Shown here: positions 37,189 to 47,495 of the stretch, one piece after another
How the letters are laid out: each line of letters opens with the position of its first letter
Position numbering within the stretch: the stretch's first letter is position 1
Origin: a virus
Taxonomy: Duplodnaviria > Heunggongvirae > Uroviricota > Caudoviricetes
DNA length: 64,000 nt
Virus record (IMG/VR): IMGVR_UViG_3300029474_000225
Coordinates: 35,109-99,108 of that record
Strand: one strand, 5' to 3'
Notes under the pieces: model-generated
Seen by the model: only the letters and a program-made list of their open reading frames with translations
What the model was told of the DNA's origin: nothing
Databases searched by the model: none
Position numbers and translations under genes: made by a program

Positions 37189-38217
37189 ATGACAATTGAA
37201 CAGATTAAGGACAAATTAAAATCAAAAGAGTATGACTTCCTGAGAACAGATAAGAATTTGGGTAACAATATCATTATCTTAACTCTTGGTGGAAGTCATG
37301 CATATGGAATGGATAAAGAAGGATCTGATTTAGATGTGAGAGGTATTGCACTCAACAGCAAATCAGATATTTTACTTGGAACAGACTTTGAACAGGTCGT
37401 AGATGTTGATACAGATACAACTATGTATTCGTTTAATAAAATGATACAGCTTTTAGCATCAAGTAATCCTAATACAATTGAACAACTTGGCTGTTTACCT
37501 GAGCATTATTTACATTTATCTAAAATTGGTAAAGAATTATTAGACAATAGAAAAATGTTTCTTTCGCAGATTTGTGTTCACACCTTTGGAGGATATGCGG
37601 GTTCTCAGCTCAGACGTATGGAAAACAAGGCTGCAAGATTGGTTGGTCAGGCAGAAAATGAAGCCTACATTTTAAAAAGCATCAATAATGCAAGATATGA
37701 ATTTAAAAACAGATATTATCCTCATGAAAATAGTGATGTGAAACTATATATTGATAAGGCTGTTCAAGAAGGATATGATAGTGAGATTTTTATGGATGTA
37801 AACTTGCAACATTATCCGTTAAGAGATTGGGCTGGCATGTGGAACGAAATGAAGTCCATTGTTAGTAGTTACAGTAAATTTGGTAAAAGAAATGAAAAGG
37901 CTGTAGCCCATGATAAATTAGGAAAGCATATGGCTCATTTGATTCGATTATATATGATGGGTATTGATATTCTGGAAAAGGAAGAGATTATCACTTATAG
38001 ATCAGACGAACACGATTTACTTATGAGTATTAGAAATGGAGAATATTTAGATGAAAATAGACAACCTATTTCTGCGTTCTATGATTTATTGAATGAATAT
38101 GAAAAACGTTTTGAATACGCAAAAGAAAATACATCTTTGCCTGATAAACCTGATTATAAGAAAATCAATGAATTTAAGATGCATGTAAATGAGAGAATTG
38201 TGAAAGGAGATATCTGA
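37189..38217 (+). CDS. nucleotidyltransferase (pol-beta superfamily) domain protein
   Basis: NTase signature IIILTLGGSHAYGMDKEGSDLDVRG, matching the GS-x9-13-DxD motif. SD GGAGGTTAAG upstream. Confidence 0.6.
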   Translation: MTIEQIKDKLKSKEYDFLRTDKNLGNNIIILTLGGSHAYGMDKEGSDLDVRGIALNSKSDILLGTDFEQVVDVDTDTTMYSFNKMIQLLASSNPNTIEQLGCLPEHYLHLSKIGKELLDNRKMFLSQICVHTFGGYAGSQLRRMENKAARLVGQAENEAYILKSINNARYEFKNRYYPHENSDVKLYIDKAVQEGYDSEIFMDVNLQHYPLRDWAGMWNEMKSIVSSYSKFGKRNEKAVAHDKLGKHMAHLIRLYMMGIDILEKEEIITYRSDEHDLLMSIRNGEYLDENRQPISAFYDLLNEYEKRFEYAKENTSLPDKPDYKKINEFKMHVNERIVKGDI

Positions 38218-39179
38218 TGGAAATATCAAATAGAGCGAAAGAAAGATTCTGTAAGGATTGCAATATACCAATTAGATTATTCCAAGAGCCATACTTTTTA
38301 GATAGAATTAAGCTTTTTGATGAGTTCTATGGAACTGTTGACAAGTGGATTAGATTTGCAAGCGAATTACAGGGGTATAATTGTGAGCAGGATTATTTTG
38401 AAGAATATAATCATGTAAAGGATGCAGCTATTACAAGTATCAAAGAGTCAGAGGCATATCAGAGATTTAATGCGGAAAATATGAACAAATTCACTGTGAT
38501 TCATAAAAATTTATCTAATAAAGATATATTTAAGCCAACTAATACTGGAAGAGTTTTTATCAGTATTGATATGAGAAAGGCTAATTTTTCATCTTTACAC
38601 GAATATGATAAAAATATATTTCTTGGAACTGATACATGGGAAGATTTTATTTCTCAATTCACAGATAACGAACATATTATAAATAGTAAATATATTCGTC
38701 AGGTAATTTTGGGTAATTGCAATCCCAAAAGACACATCACATATGAAAAGTACCTTATGGATCAGACATTATCGTTATTATATGACATCATTGGTGAAGA
38801 GAGAATTGTATTCTTTTCAAATGATGAGATTGTTTATGATATGACAACAGTAAGTAATTTGCACATGTTAAATCTTGTGAGAAATTGTGTTGAAGAAAGA
38901 TTAAGTACAAAATCTAATATCCCATTCAGAGTTGAATTATTTTCGCTCCACAAAATCAATGGTACTGACGGATACTGTAAAAAAATCTACAAAGAAAATG
39001 GAGAATATAGTATTGAGTTCAAATGTTTAGACAACTATATGATGCCATTCGTACTTAGATATTTCTTGGGAGAAGAAATTACTGAAAGTGACAAGGTATT
39101 CTACCATGAAGGACTATTGGCAAAGTTTATTGATGAACCGAAAATTGAGGTGAATTTTGATGAAAAGATTGAAAATTGA
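38217..39179 (+). CDS. hypothetical protein coupled to NTase gene
   Basis: ATGA start/stop overlap with the upstream gene. 320 aa. Confidence 0.6.
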   Translation: MEISNRAKERFCKDCNIPIRLFQEPYFLDRIKLFDEFYGTVDKWIRFASELQGYNCEQDYFEEYNHVKDAAITSIKESEAYQRFNAENMNKFTVIHKNLSNKDIFKPTNTGRVFISIDMRKANFSSLHEYDKNIFLGTDTWEDFISQFTDNEHIINSKYIRQVILGNCNPKRHITYEKYLMDQTLSLLYDIIGEERIVFFSNDEIVYDMTTVSNLHMLNLVRNCVEERLSTKSNIPFRVELFSLHKINGTDGYCKKIYKENGEYSIEFKCLDNYMMPFVLRYFLGEEITESDKVFYHEGLLAKFIDEPKIEVNFDEKIEN

Positions 39180-40533
39180 AATTCCATCTGGTGCAAATGA
39201 AATTATTCATACTTTACAGAATAATGGATATGAAGCTTTCCTGGTAGGAGGATGCGTGAGAGATAGTATTCTTGGCAGATCAATTCACGATTATGACATT
39301 ACAACTTCTGCCACGCCAGATGAAATGATAGAAGTATTCAAGGACAAGAGAATTATTGAAACTGGTTTGCAACATGGAACTATTACCATTGTAATTGACG
39401 GTGAGGGATATGAATGTACCACTTACAGAATTGACGGTAATTACTCAGATAGCCGTAGACCTGATAGCGTAACATTTACACGAAGTCTTAAAGAAGATCT
39501 AAAGCGTAGAGATTTTACAATCAATGCGATGGCATACAATGATGAAATTGGTCTTATAGATCCGTTTAATGGTATGGAAGATATTGAGCATTATAAAATC
39601 AGATGTGTTGGTAGAGCAGAGGATAGATTTTCAGAAGATGCTTTAAGGATTTTACGTGCTATTCGGTTTGCTTCACAATTGGGATTTGTAGTTGACTCTG
39701 ATGTAAGTTTGAACATTCATAAAATGTATAAGAATTTAGAGAATATATCTATTGAGAGAATCAACAGTGAGTTTTGTAAGATTGCATTATCAAGCGAGTT
39801 TTATATACAGATAGGATTATTCCGTGAAGTATTCTCGTTGTTCATTCCTGAAATTAAAGATATGTTTGGCTTTCAACAGAATAATCCATATCACATCTAT
39901 GATGTATGGAATCATACAGTACATGCAGTACAAGCTTATGAATGTGATTGTGAACCAGACTTGAATCCAAGAGATTTGATTACATCATTGGCTGTATTTT
40001 TTCATGATATTGGAAAGCCACATTGTTATCAAGATGTCGAGGATGGCATTAGACATTTCAAAGGTCATGGAAGAGTCAGTGCTGATATGACTGATGAAAT
40101 AATGAAGCGATTAAGATTTGATAATGACACAAGAGAAAAGGTTGTTGAATTAGTTTATTATCATGATGCTACTTTTGAGGTTGGAAAGAAATATGTCAAG
40201 AGATGGCTTAATAAAATTGGAGAAGAACAATTTAGAAGATTATTAAATATTCGTAGAGCCGATATTAAAGCACAAGCAGGCATGAATCAGGAAACAAGAT
40301 TACAGAAGATTGATAACATCGAATATATTTTAGAAGAAGTCTTACAGGATGATGAATGTTTTTCTCTAAAGGATTTAGCAGTTAATGGTAAGGAGTTAAT
40401 TACTATTGGATATAAGCCAGGAAAAGAAATTGGTGAGGTATTAAATAATCTGTTGGATTCAGTCATTAGTGGAGAATATATAAATGAGAAAGAAAAATTA
40501 TTAGAAATAGCAGAGAGGAGATTACATGGTTAA
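39160..40533 (+). CDS. CCA-adding enzyme (tRNA nucleotidyltransferase) with HD domain
   Basis: PolyA-polymerase head domain GGCVRDSILGRSIHDYDITT...RRDFTINAMAY, plus HD motif FFHDIGK. Confidence 0.8.
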   Translation: MKRLKIEIPSGANEIIHTLQNNGYEAFLVGGCVRDSILGRSIHDYDITTSATPDEMIEVFKDKRIIETGLQHGTITIVIDGEGYECTTYRIDGNYSDSRRPDSVTFTRSLKEDLKRRDFTINAMAYNDEIGLIDPFNGMEDIEHYKIRCVGRAEDRFSEDALRILRAIRFASQLGFVVDSDVSLNIHKMYKNLENISIERINSEFCKIALSSEFYIQIGLFREVFSLFIPEIKDMFGFQQNNPYHIYDVWNHTVHAVQAYECDCEPDLNPRDLITSLAVFFHDIGKPHCYQDVEDGIRHFKGHGRVSADMTDEIMKRLRFDNDTREKVVELVYYHDATFEVGKKYVKRWLNKIGEEQFRRLLNIRRADIKAQAGMNQETRLQKIDNIEYILEEVLQDDECFSLKDLAVNGKELITIGYKPGKEIGEVLNNLLDSVISGEYINEKEKLLEIAERRLHG

Positions 40534-41452
40534 ATTATTTTCACATACGGATCTTGATGGAATCGGTTGTGGTATTTTGGCAAAACTTGTATTTGGTAAA
40601 GATAATGTAGAAATTTCATATTGTGATTACGACAATATTGATTCAACTGTAAAGGAATATTTAGAAACAGAACAGGACGACACAATCCCAATTTATATTA
40701 CCGATATTCGTGTCAATGAAGAAACTGCTGAGTTGCTGAATAAAAGAGGCAATGTTCAGTTATTAGATCATCACCCAACAGCTCTTGGATTAAATAAGTA
40801 TGATTGGTGTGATGTAGTTATCGAAGATTCTAAAGGAATTAAAACATCGGGAACTATGTTGTTTTATCATTGGTTAGGTATGAATGGTTGCCTGAGTGAA
40901 GAGTTAGAGAATAATAATGCGTTAAAGAGATTTGCTGAATTAGTGAGAGATTACGACACTTGGAGATGGTCAGAACTTGGTGAAGATGGTGTTATTTGCA
41001 AGCAGGTGAACGATTTACTTTATCTGTATGGTCGAGATGATTTTATTCATTGGTGTATTTCAGAGATACGTGGTGAAATATTCCCATTGTTATCTGCTAA
41101 AGATGAGGTTGTTCTGAAGATTAAGCAGGATGAAATTGATAGATATATTGAGGAGAAGAATGAAACCATGTTTACCAGTCCTATGTGTGGTAAGGTTTGT
41201 GGTTTTGTATTTGCAGATAGGTTTGTTAGCGAATTAGGTAATAGACTTTGTAAAATGCATCCTGAAATTGATTTTGTGGCAATGATTGATATTGATGGTT
41301 GTACGGTATCTTATAGAACCGTTAAAGAAGATATTGATCTTGGTAAAGATGTAGCAAATTTATTTGGTGGTGGTGGTCATCCAAAAGCTGCTGGTTCAGA
41401 ATTTGGTCAGAGTATTAAGTTGAAAATTATTGGGGAAATCTTTGGACAGTGA
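40526..41452 (+). CDS. DHH-family phosphoesterase (NrnA-like oligoribonuclease/pAp phosphatase type)
   Basis: DHH motif SHTDLDGIGCG...LDHH and DHHA1 motif GGGHPKAAG. Confidence 0.75.
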   Translation: MVKLFSHTDLDGIGCGILAKLVFGKDNVEISYCDYDNIDSTVKEYLETEQDDTIPIYITDIRVNEETAELLNKRGNVQLLDHHPTALGLNKYDWCDVVIEDSKGIKTSGTMLFYHWLGMNGCLSEELENNNALKRFAELVRDYDTWRWSELGEDGVICKQVNDLLYLYGRDDFIHWCISEIRGEIFPLLSAKDEVVLKIKQDEIDRYIEEKNETMFTSPMCGKVCGFVFADRFVSELGNRLCKMHPEIDFVAMIDIDGCTVSYRTVKEDIDLGKDVANLFGGGGHPKAAGSEFGQSIKLKIIGEIFGQ

Positions 41453-41465
41453 GGTGAGAGAATAA

Positions 41466-41672
41466 TTGGAATGGATTAAATGTGTCGAAGGACAAATGCC
41501 CGAAGATGATAAAAGATACGAAGGTAAGAAAGTAATTAATGTACTTGTTACTACGAATAGAGGCATGGTAACAAAAGTACAAAGACAACGCTATGATGGG
41601 ACATGGTTTTGGGGAAGAATTAATGGTGGCATGAAAGCTTGGATGCCGTTGCCTGAACCATACAGAGAATAA
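41466..41672 (+). CDS. hypothetical protein
   Basis: Track ORF packed tightly against its neighbours. Confidence 0.45.
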   Translation: MEWIKCVEGQMPEDDKRYEGKKVINVLVTTNRGMVTKVQRQRYDGTWFWGRINGGMKAWMPLPEPYRE

Positions 41673-41684
41673 GCGAGGTAAAAT

Positions 41685-41882
41685 ATGAGAAAAAGTAAAT
41701 TTACATATCCAAAATGTCCATATTGCAAGAAAGAATATCAAGATGGAGTTATGGAATATGATTTGATGAATTTGGTAACTCAAGGTTGGTGCAAAGAAGT
41801 AAAAGTAAAATGTCATAGTTGTGGTGAGTATTTCAAAGTGAAGGTACATATTACTTATTATGGTTCAAAGTTAGCGAGGTGA
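41685..41882 (+). CDS. zinc-ribbon protein (CPYC...CHSCG)
   Basis: SD GCGAGGT upstream. Confidence 0.5.
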   Translation: MRKSKFTYPKCPYCKKEYQDGVMEYDLMNLVTQGWCKEVKVKCHSCGEYFKVKVHITYYGSKLAR

Positions 41883-41886
41883 AAGA

Positions 41887-42117
41887 GTGTTAGATTACAG
41901 TAATGCAGATTTCCCTAAAGAAACTTATTACATAAGACATCCAAATCGCATATATTTTTCTACAGATTTTTATGATGGTGAAAAAATATTCTATTATGGC
42001 AAACATACTAAACCAAGTAGTAATGCGAGAGGATATAGATGGTATCGAAATGTGCATGGTTTAATGAAACTTGTTCATTGGACTGATATTAAACATGGGA
42101 AATTATTTCAAAGATAG
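41887..42117 (+). CDS. hypothetical protein (GTG start)
   Basis: SD GAGGTGA upstream. Confidence 0.45.
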   Translation: MLDYSNADFPKETYYIRHPNRIYFSTDFYDGEKIFYYGKHTKPSSNARGYRWYRNVHGLMKLVHWTDIKHGKLFQR

Positions 42118-42348
42118 TTAATACAAATAGAGAATAATCCAATATAGAAGTAATTCTATTCATGGCTGATCAGCCAAACTTTCCAAATAAAAGTAACAAG
42201 AAATATTTTTTTCTTTATTCTCTGTCAAAATCCTTTAATCTACAGAGATTGCGCAATCATTTATCCTAGAATTTACTGTTAAATCCTTTCGTTTTAATAT
42301 TATTTTGTTGTGAAAATCACTCGAAAATAGACACGTCTGCCTAATCGG

Positions 42349-43841
42349 ATGAAAAAAATAATTATTGTGAGTTAAGTGTAATTGAGCTTTGTAGTGGTAT
42401 TGGTGCGCAGATGAAGGGAATTGATAATACTCATCTATTTAATGCAAATATGATTGCAACAGCAGATTTAGACAAAGAAGTAGTAGTTAGTTATGCTGCA
42501 ATTCATTGTGGTTTGACTAATGAAATGATTGAAAACTATGAAGATTATCCAAGCAAAGAAGAAATGGTAAGACAGCTTACAGATAAGAGACTTGGATATG
42601 ATTTTAAAAAAGATGTTCCGTATGATTGGGAAAAGCTTTCACGAAAGAAGAACAAGACAAAAGGTATTGAGAAATATTGGTTAGCAGACCATATTTCACA
42701 TAATCTTGGTGATATGATGCAGATTGAGTCTTTACCATATTGCGACTTACTTACATACTCAACGCCATGTACCGATCTTTCCATCGCTGGTAAGCAGGAA
42801 GGATTAAAGTGGACATGTCATGATTGTGGTTGTGAATATGATCCATCAGAATTAGATGTAGATACTCGTTATACTTGCCCTAATTGTGGCAGTCACAACA
42901 TTAAATCAACTCGTTCAGGTTTATTGTATGAAGTTGAAAGACTTCTTGTAAAAGCAAAAGAGAATAATACATTACCAAAGTATTTGCTTATGGAGAATGT
43001 AGATGCTCTTGTATCAAAGAAGTATATTGATAGTTTCAAGGATTGGTTGATTCGACTTGATAACTTGGGATATAACTCATATTATCAGACAATCAATGCA
43101 AAGAATACAGGTATCCCACAGAATCGTAATAGAATCTTTTGTATCTCTATTCGTAAGGATGTTGATACCAAGTCATTTGAATTTCCACAGCCTTTTGATA
43201 CAGGAATCAGATTAAAGGATTTATTAGAAACAGATAGCAGCGTTCTGGAGAAATATTTCTTATCTGATGAAGTACAGAAAAGACTTCAGATAACAGATCC
43301 AAAATTTGAAAAGAATATCGTTGGTACTACAAAACCTGAATTCAGAACTATCGGTCAGAGAGATTTAGTCTATCAGCAGGATTCAGTAATGGGTGCTTTG
43401 GTGGCAACTGATTATAAACAGCCAAAACAGATTCTTGCTGATTCAAATAATATAAAAAGACTTTTTAATATTTATGGTGAAAATAAAGGAACTGGATTCG
43501 CAGGAAATGTTTGGGACAAAGATTATATTTCTCCAACAATAACAACATGTCAAGGAGGAAATCGACAACCAATGGTCGAAGAAGAGAGAGACAATTTAAG
43601 AGTTGTGAGAAAACTTACGCCAAAAGAGTGTCATAGGCTCATGGGATTCGATGATATTGATTATGAGAATTGTAAAGCAGTTGGAATGTCTGATACTCAG
43701 GGATATAAACAAAGCGGTAACAGTATAGTGACAACTTGCATTTCTTTGTTGATTGAGCATTTATATAAGGCTCAGTACGACAATACATATATTTGTACAG
43801 ATGAGAAGATGGTAAATTTTCATCAGCCACAAGTGGATTAA
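42349..43841 (+). CDS. DNA (cytosine-5)-methyltransferase; N-terminus interrupted by a frameshift at an A7 tract (42352-42358)
   Basis: Motif I ELCSGIGA is encoded in the main frame upstream of the first in-frame ATG. An ATG at 42349 opens the +1 frame as MKKIIIVS, which then hits a stop. Further motifs: PC motif TPCTDLSIAGK, ENV, QNRNR and GNS. Confidence 0.7.
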
Positions 43842-43948
43842 GTTCTGCTTGTGGTGATAAACCACAGTTAGTTGGTGGTGTCGGTGAAATAAATTTTGGA
43901 AAGCAATTTCGTCAGGGTAATAGAGTATATGATTCAGACCATATAGCG

Positions 43949-44200
43949 ATGTGTTTATTAGCACAGCCTGTAGGAAATGCTGGTGGATTCAGTTACTTGT
44001 ATACGGTGGCAAAAAATTTTAACTTGCCCTCTATTCAAAATATAGCTTATGAAAACGATGTTCAAAAAGTTGGAACTGTAAGTGAGAATAGTCTTATTGG
44101 TGGTAGAGTTATTGGAATAGAGGGTATTTGTTTCACATTAATGGCTTGTACTCATGGCTATGGTATGGGAAACATCTATGACAGTAGAAAACTAAAATAA
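43949..44200 (+). CDS. possible C5-methyltransferase C-terminal fragment / remnant (83 aa ORF)
   Basis: The open frame upstream of its ATG encodes RVYDSDHIAMCLLAQPVGNAGGFSYLY, which resembles motif IX of C5-MTases. No start codon exists for the longer frame. Confidence 0.3.
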   Translation: MCLLAQPVGNAGGFSYLYTVAKNFNLPSIQNIAYENDVQKVGTVSENSLIGGRVIGIEGICFTLMACTHGYGMGNIYDSRKLK

Positions 44201-44339
44201 TATATACAATATATAGTATCAAGAAATTGCGGAAAATACTATATTTTGTATAAAAATCAAAACCGATTGAAAGCGGAATTTCTTCTTAGGTTTCAGAAAA
44301 TAAATACATATAAAAACAAAGAAAAGGAGGGTTAAATAT

Positions 44340-44615
44340 ATGACAAAAGCTGTTTTAGCGATAGACATGCCAAATAGCTGTGATAAATGTCCATGTTTTT
44401 GTAGTTATTATTCTGATATGTGTTGCATGGCTTTAAATAATCGTACAATTGATTATCCTTATCCGAAAGATTTTAGACAAAGATGGTGTCCGTTAAAAGA
44501 ATTGCCAGATGAGACACACAACGATGAATATATTGATGAATATTGTGATGGTTATGATGATGGTTGGAATTCGTTAAGAAAGAAGATTTTGGGTGAAGAT
44601 AAGGAGAATGAATAG
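44340..44615 (+). CDS. Cys-rich hypothetical protein
   Basis: SD AAGGAGGG upstream. Confidence 0.6.
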   Translation: MTKAVLAIDMPNSCDKCPCFCSYYSDMCCMALNNRTIDYPYPKDFRQRWCPLKELPDETHNDEYIDEYCDGYDDGWNSLRKKILGEDKENE

Positions 44616-44703
44616 ATGAGTGTATGGATAAGTACAACGGATCGAATGTCAAAAATAAAGTCACAAGAATCATAGATTTCCTTGTGAGATTGTGAGGTAA
44701 GAA

Positions 44704-44889
44704 ATGGTTAAATATATAATTATACTTATGGTGTTATGGTTAATTTTATCAATCTGCTTTTCTTATATGACATATTTGATTGGATATACCAAGGGGTTAA
44801 ATAAATGTAAAAGAATAAATAATGAAATATTGGATGAACATTCCAAAGAAAATAGGAAGTTCGATACTAGAAGAAATAAAGTATATTGA
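44704..44889 (+). CDS. small membrane protein
   Basis: SD GTGAGGT upstream. Hydrophobic stretch IIILMVLWLILSICF. Confidence 0.5.
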   Translation: MVKYIIILMVLWLILSICFSYMTYLIGYTKGLNKCKRINNEILDEHSKENRKFDTRRNKVY

Positions 44890-44908
44890 GGATTAGGAGG
44901 ATATATTT

Positions 44909-45103
44909 ATGACTAACTTATTAGATTTGTTGAAGATGGCTTCTATAGGAAAACCATATACAATTTCAAAATCCGTAATACATTATCCAGTGCCAGGAAT
45001 GACAAAAGAATATGCTATTAAAGTATGGAAGCAACAAAAGAAACGTGGTGTAACCACATTAAGCAAAAAAGAATGGTTAAGAAGATATGGATTAGGAGAA
45101 TAA
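44909..45103 (+). CDS. hypothetical protein
   Basis: SD TAGGAGGA upstream. Confidence 0.55.
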   Translation: MTNLLDLLKMASIGKPYTISKSVIHYPVPGMTKEYAIKVWKQQKKRGVTTLSKKEWLRRYGLGE

Positions 45104-45122
45104 ATTAACAGGAGGTGATGCG

Positions 45123-45806
45123 ATGAGCAAGATATACGATTATGAAGAATATCAAAATCAACGAGTAAAAGTTACATATACTGATAAAAGAAAATACAGA
45201 GAAGAAAACATTGTTGGTCTATATGGACAAGTTATTAAAACTACAAGCGGATCAATAGCTGTTCAGATTGATGGAATGTATAATGCAGCAAGCTCCAATG
45301 GATTATATTGGTTTAAAAGAAGTGAATTGGATATTATTAGAGATGAAAGTGAGGAGAATAAAATGACAGGATTTAATAAAGTGGCGATTGTAAATTTGGT
45401 AGATAATTACAATAAGAAGGATTATGGATTTGCTTTATATGATGAAGATTTTGATGAAATTATTGAGTATGATACAAAGCATCCGTTGTATGTGATTGTA
45501 AATGCAAGAGGAAAGGATAATAGAGTTCTTGGAATTATAAAACAAATTAAAACAGTCAAAGAGTATGGTAAGAATGTGACAGCTCAGGTTGTTGGTGTAG
45601 TTAATATGAATGCGTATAATGCAAGAATTGACGAAGAAAATCGTCAGAAAGAAATTGCAAAGCAGAAAGCTTCTATTGAGAAGGAATTAAAGTCTGAGAT
45701 TGAAAAGATGAATAATATTGCTTTATATGAAAAGATGGCAAAGGAGCATCCTGAGAATCCAAGACTCGCTGAACTTGTTAATGCACTAAAAGAATTGGGA
45801 GAATAA
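45123..45806 (+). CDS. hypothetical protein
   Basis: SD AGGAGGTGA upstream. Confidence 0.6.
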   Translation: MSKIYDYEEYQNQRVKVTYTDKRKYREENIVGLYGQVIKTTSGSIAVQIDGMYNAASSNGLYWFKRSELDIIRDESEENKMTGFNKVAIVNLVDNYNKKDYGFALYDEDFDEIIEYDTKHPLYVIVNARGKDNRVLGIIKQIKTVKEYGKNVTAQVVGVVNMNAYNARIDEENRQKEIAKQKASIEKELKSEIEKMNNIALYEKMAKEHPENPRLAELVNALKELGE

Positions 45807-45811
45807 ATTAT

Positions 45812-45958
45812 ATGAAGAAATGTGTAATTTTAGAAATGGAAAATAGTAATGATTTTGAGAATGCTATGAATGATTATTTGGATGATGGATACAAAGTAGA
45901 ATCCAGTTCATGCAATAGTAGATACTATAAAGCAATTCTTGTATTGAAGGAGGAATAA
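45812..45958 (+). CDS. small hypothetical protein (48 aa)
   Basis: SD GGGAGAA upstream. Codons verified. Confidence 0.4.
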   Translation: MKKCVILEMENSNDFENAMNDYLDDGYKVESSSCNSRYYKAILVLKEE

Positions 45959-45963
45959 ACCAT

Positions 45964-46323
45964 ATGAAGAAGAAAATTTTATATAGTTTGGCTTTAGTAT
46001 TAGCATTTATGTTTATATTAACCGGCTGTGCAAAATGCATTAGCACCGAAACATCTACGGTTCAAGTAAAAATAATAGATGAATATCACAGGGCTGCTTA
46101 TACAACAATGTATTATAGTCCTGCGACTAAAACGATGATACCACAATCGCATTCAGCAGTTTATAGAATTACTGTTGAATATAACAGTGTAGAATATAAT
46201 ATTTCTGGTAGTAATACATATAACAAATATTCAGACAAAATTGGAGAATATGTTGATGGAATATTAGAAACCAAGAAATATGACGATGGTACTGTTAGAT
46301 ACAATATTGTTGACTTACCATAG
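45964..46323 (+). CDS. lipoprotein (lipobox LTGC)
   Basis: Signal peptide MKKKILYSLALVLAFMFILTGC. SD GGAGGAA upstream. Confidence 0.65.
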   Translation: MKKKILYSLALVLAFMFILTGCAKCISTETSTVQVKIIDEYHRAAYTTMYYSPATKTMIPQSHSAVYRITVEYNSVEYNISGSNTYNKYSDKIGEYVDGILETKKYDDGTVRYNIVDLP

Positions 46324-46386
46324 TAAATAAATGATATTACAAAAGACACAGTAAACCGAAGTTTCTTTGGAAGTTAGGAGGTAGAA

Positions 46387-46587
46387 ATGGCGAATTTAAA
46401 TTTAGAAGATTTTAGTGAAGAATACAGAAAAACAGCACCAATGGAGTGTTCTTTATATTTAGTTTCTTGCTTAGATAAAGATACACAAACGCAGTTAAAG
46501 AAAGATTGGAATGAAGTTGGTGGTGTTAAAGTAATTCCATATTGGAAATGGTGTATGGAACATATTGATGTAATCTATCGCAAATAA
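46387..46587 (+). CDS. hypothetical protein
   Basis: SD TAGGAGGT upstream. Confidence 0.55.
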   Translation: MANLNLEDFSEEYRKTAPMECSLYLVSCLDKDTQTQLKKDWNEVGGVKVIPYWKWCMEHIDVIYRK

Positions 46588-46656
46588 GAGAATAATACAT
46601 TGAAAGGAGCGAGAGATTTGCTGCAGCATTAAATCTGGATTTGCTCTGAGTAAGAA

Positions 46657-47421
46657 ATGTTAGAGATTAACAAAATATACAATGAAGATTGTCTTGAAGG
46701 TATGAAAAAGATTGATGATAAATCAGTCGATGCGATTATTACGGATCTTCCTTATGGACAAACTTCACGAAATAAATGGGATTCAGTTATTCCATTTAAA
46801 CCATTATGGGAACAGTATGAAAGAATCATTAAAGATAATGGTGCAATTATTCTATTTGCGAATGGTATGTTTACTGCAGATTTAATGCAAAGTAATCGTA
46901 AGCTTTGGAAATATAATCTGATTTGGGAGAAAACACAACCAACAGGATTTCTAAATGCTAAGAAAATGCCATTACGTTCACACGAAGATATTTGTATTTT
47001 CTATAAGAAACTTCCAACATATAATCCACAAAAAACAACCGGACATCCAAGAAAAGTTAGTAAAGCAGAACATAAGACTAACTGTAAAGAGACTACTGAT
47101 TATGGAGAACATGGTTTTACTACTTATGATAGTACAGAAAGATATCCTAAGTCGGTATGGACATTTGCAAAGGATATTCAAAAGTCGGCACTTCATCCGA
47201 CACAAAAGCCTGTAGCACTGATTGAAGAGTTGATCAAGACCTACACAAATCCAGGAGATTTAGTTCTTGATTCATGTGCAGGAAGTTGTACAACTGCAAT
47301 TGCAGCTTTGAATACTGGTAGAAACTATATATGTTTCGAGAAGGACAAGGATATTTTTGAGGTTGGAAGTAAGAGAGTAGCTGAATATGCTAATCAAGAT
47401 TTATTGATGAGTGCAACTTAA
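46657..47421 (+). CDS. DNA methyltransferase, beta-class N6-adenine/N4-cytosine (DPPY-type)
   Basis: Motif IV IITDLPYG precedes motif I LDSCAGSCTT. Confidence 0.75.
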   Translation: MLEINKIYNEDCLEGMKKIDDKSVDAIITDLPYGQTSRNKWDSVIPFKPLWEQYERIIKDNGAIILFANGMFTADLMQSNRKLWKYNLIWEKTQPTGFLNAKKMPLRSHEDICIFYKKLPTYNPQKTTGHPRKVSKAEHKTNCKETTDYGEHGFTTYDSTERYPKSVWTFAKDIQKSALHPTQKPVALIEELIKTYTNPGDLVLDSCAGSCTTAIAALNTGRNYICFEKDKDIFEVGSKRVAEYANQDLLMSAT

Positions 47422-47495
47422 TTAAGAGAATAAGAATAATGAAAGGAGACGAGGTTTGTGTACACAAGAAGGAATTCCTTACTCCAAGTAATTAA

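Noticed and set aside
47458-47495. Upstream GTG at 47458 with a good SD as an alternative start for the Dam gene
   Set aside because: It is out of frame with the Dam ORF, which starts at 47496, and runs into a stop codon.
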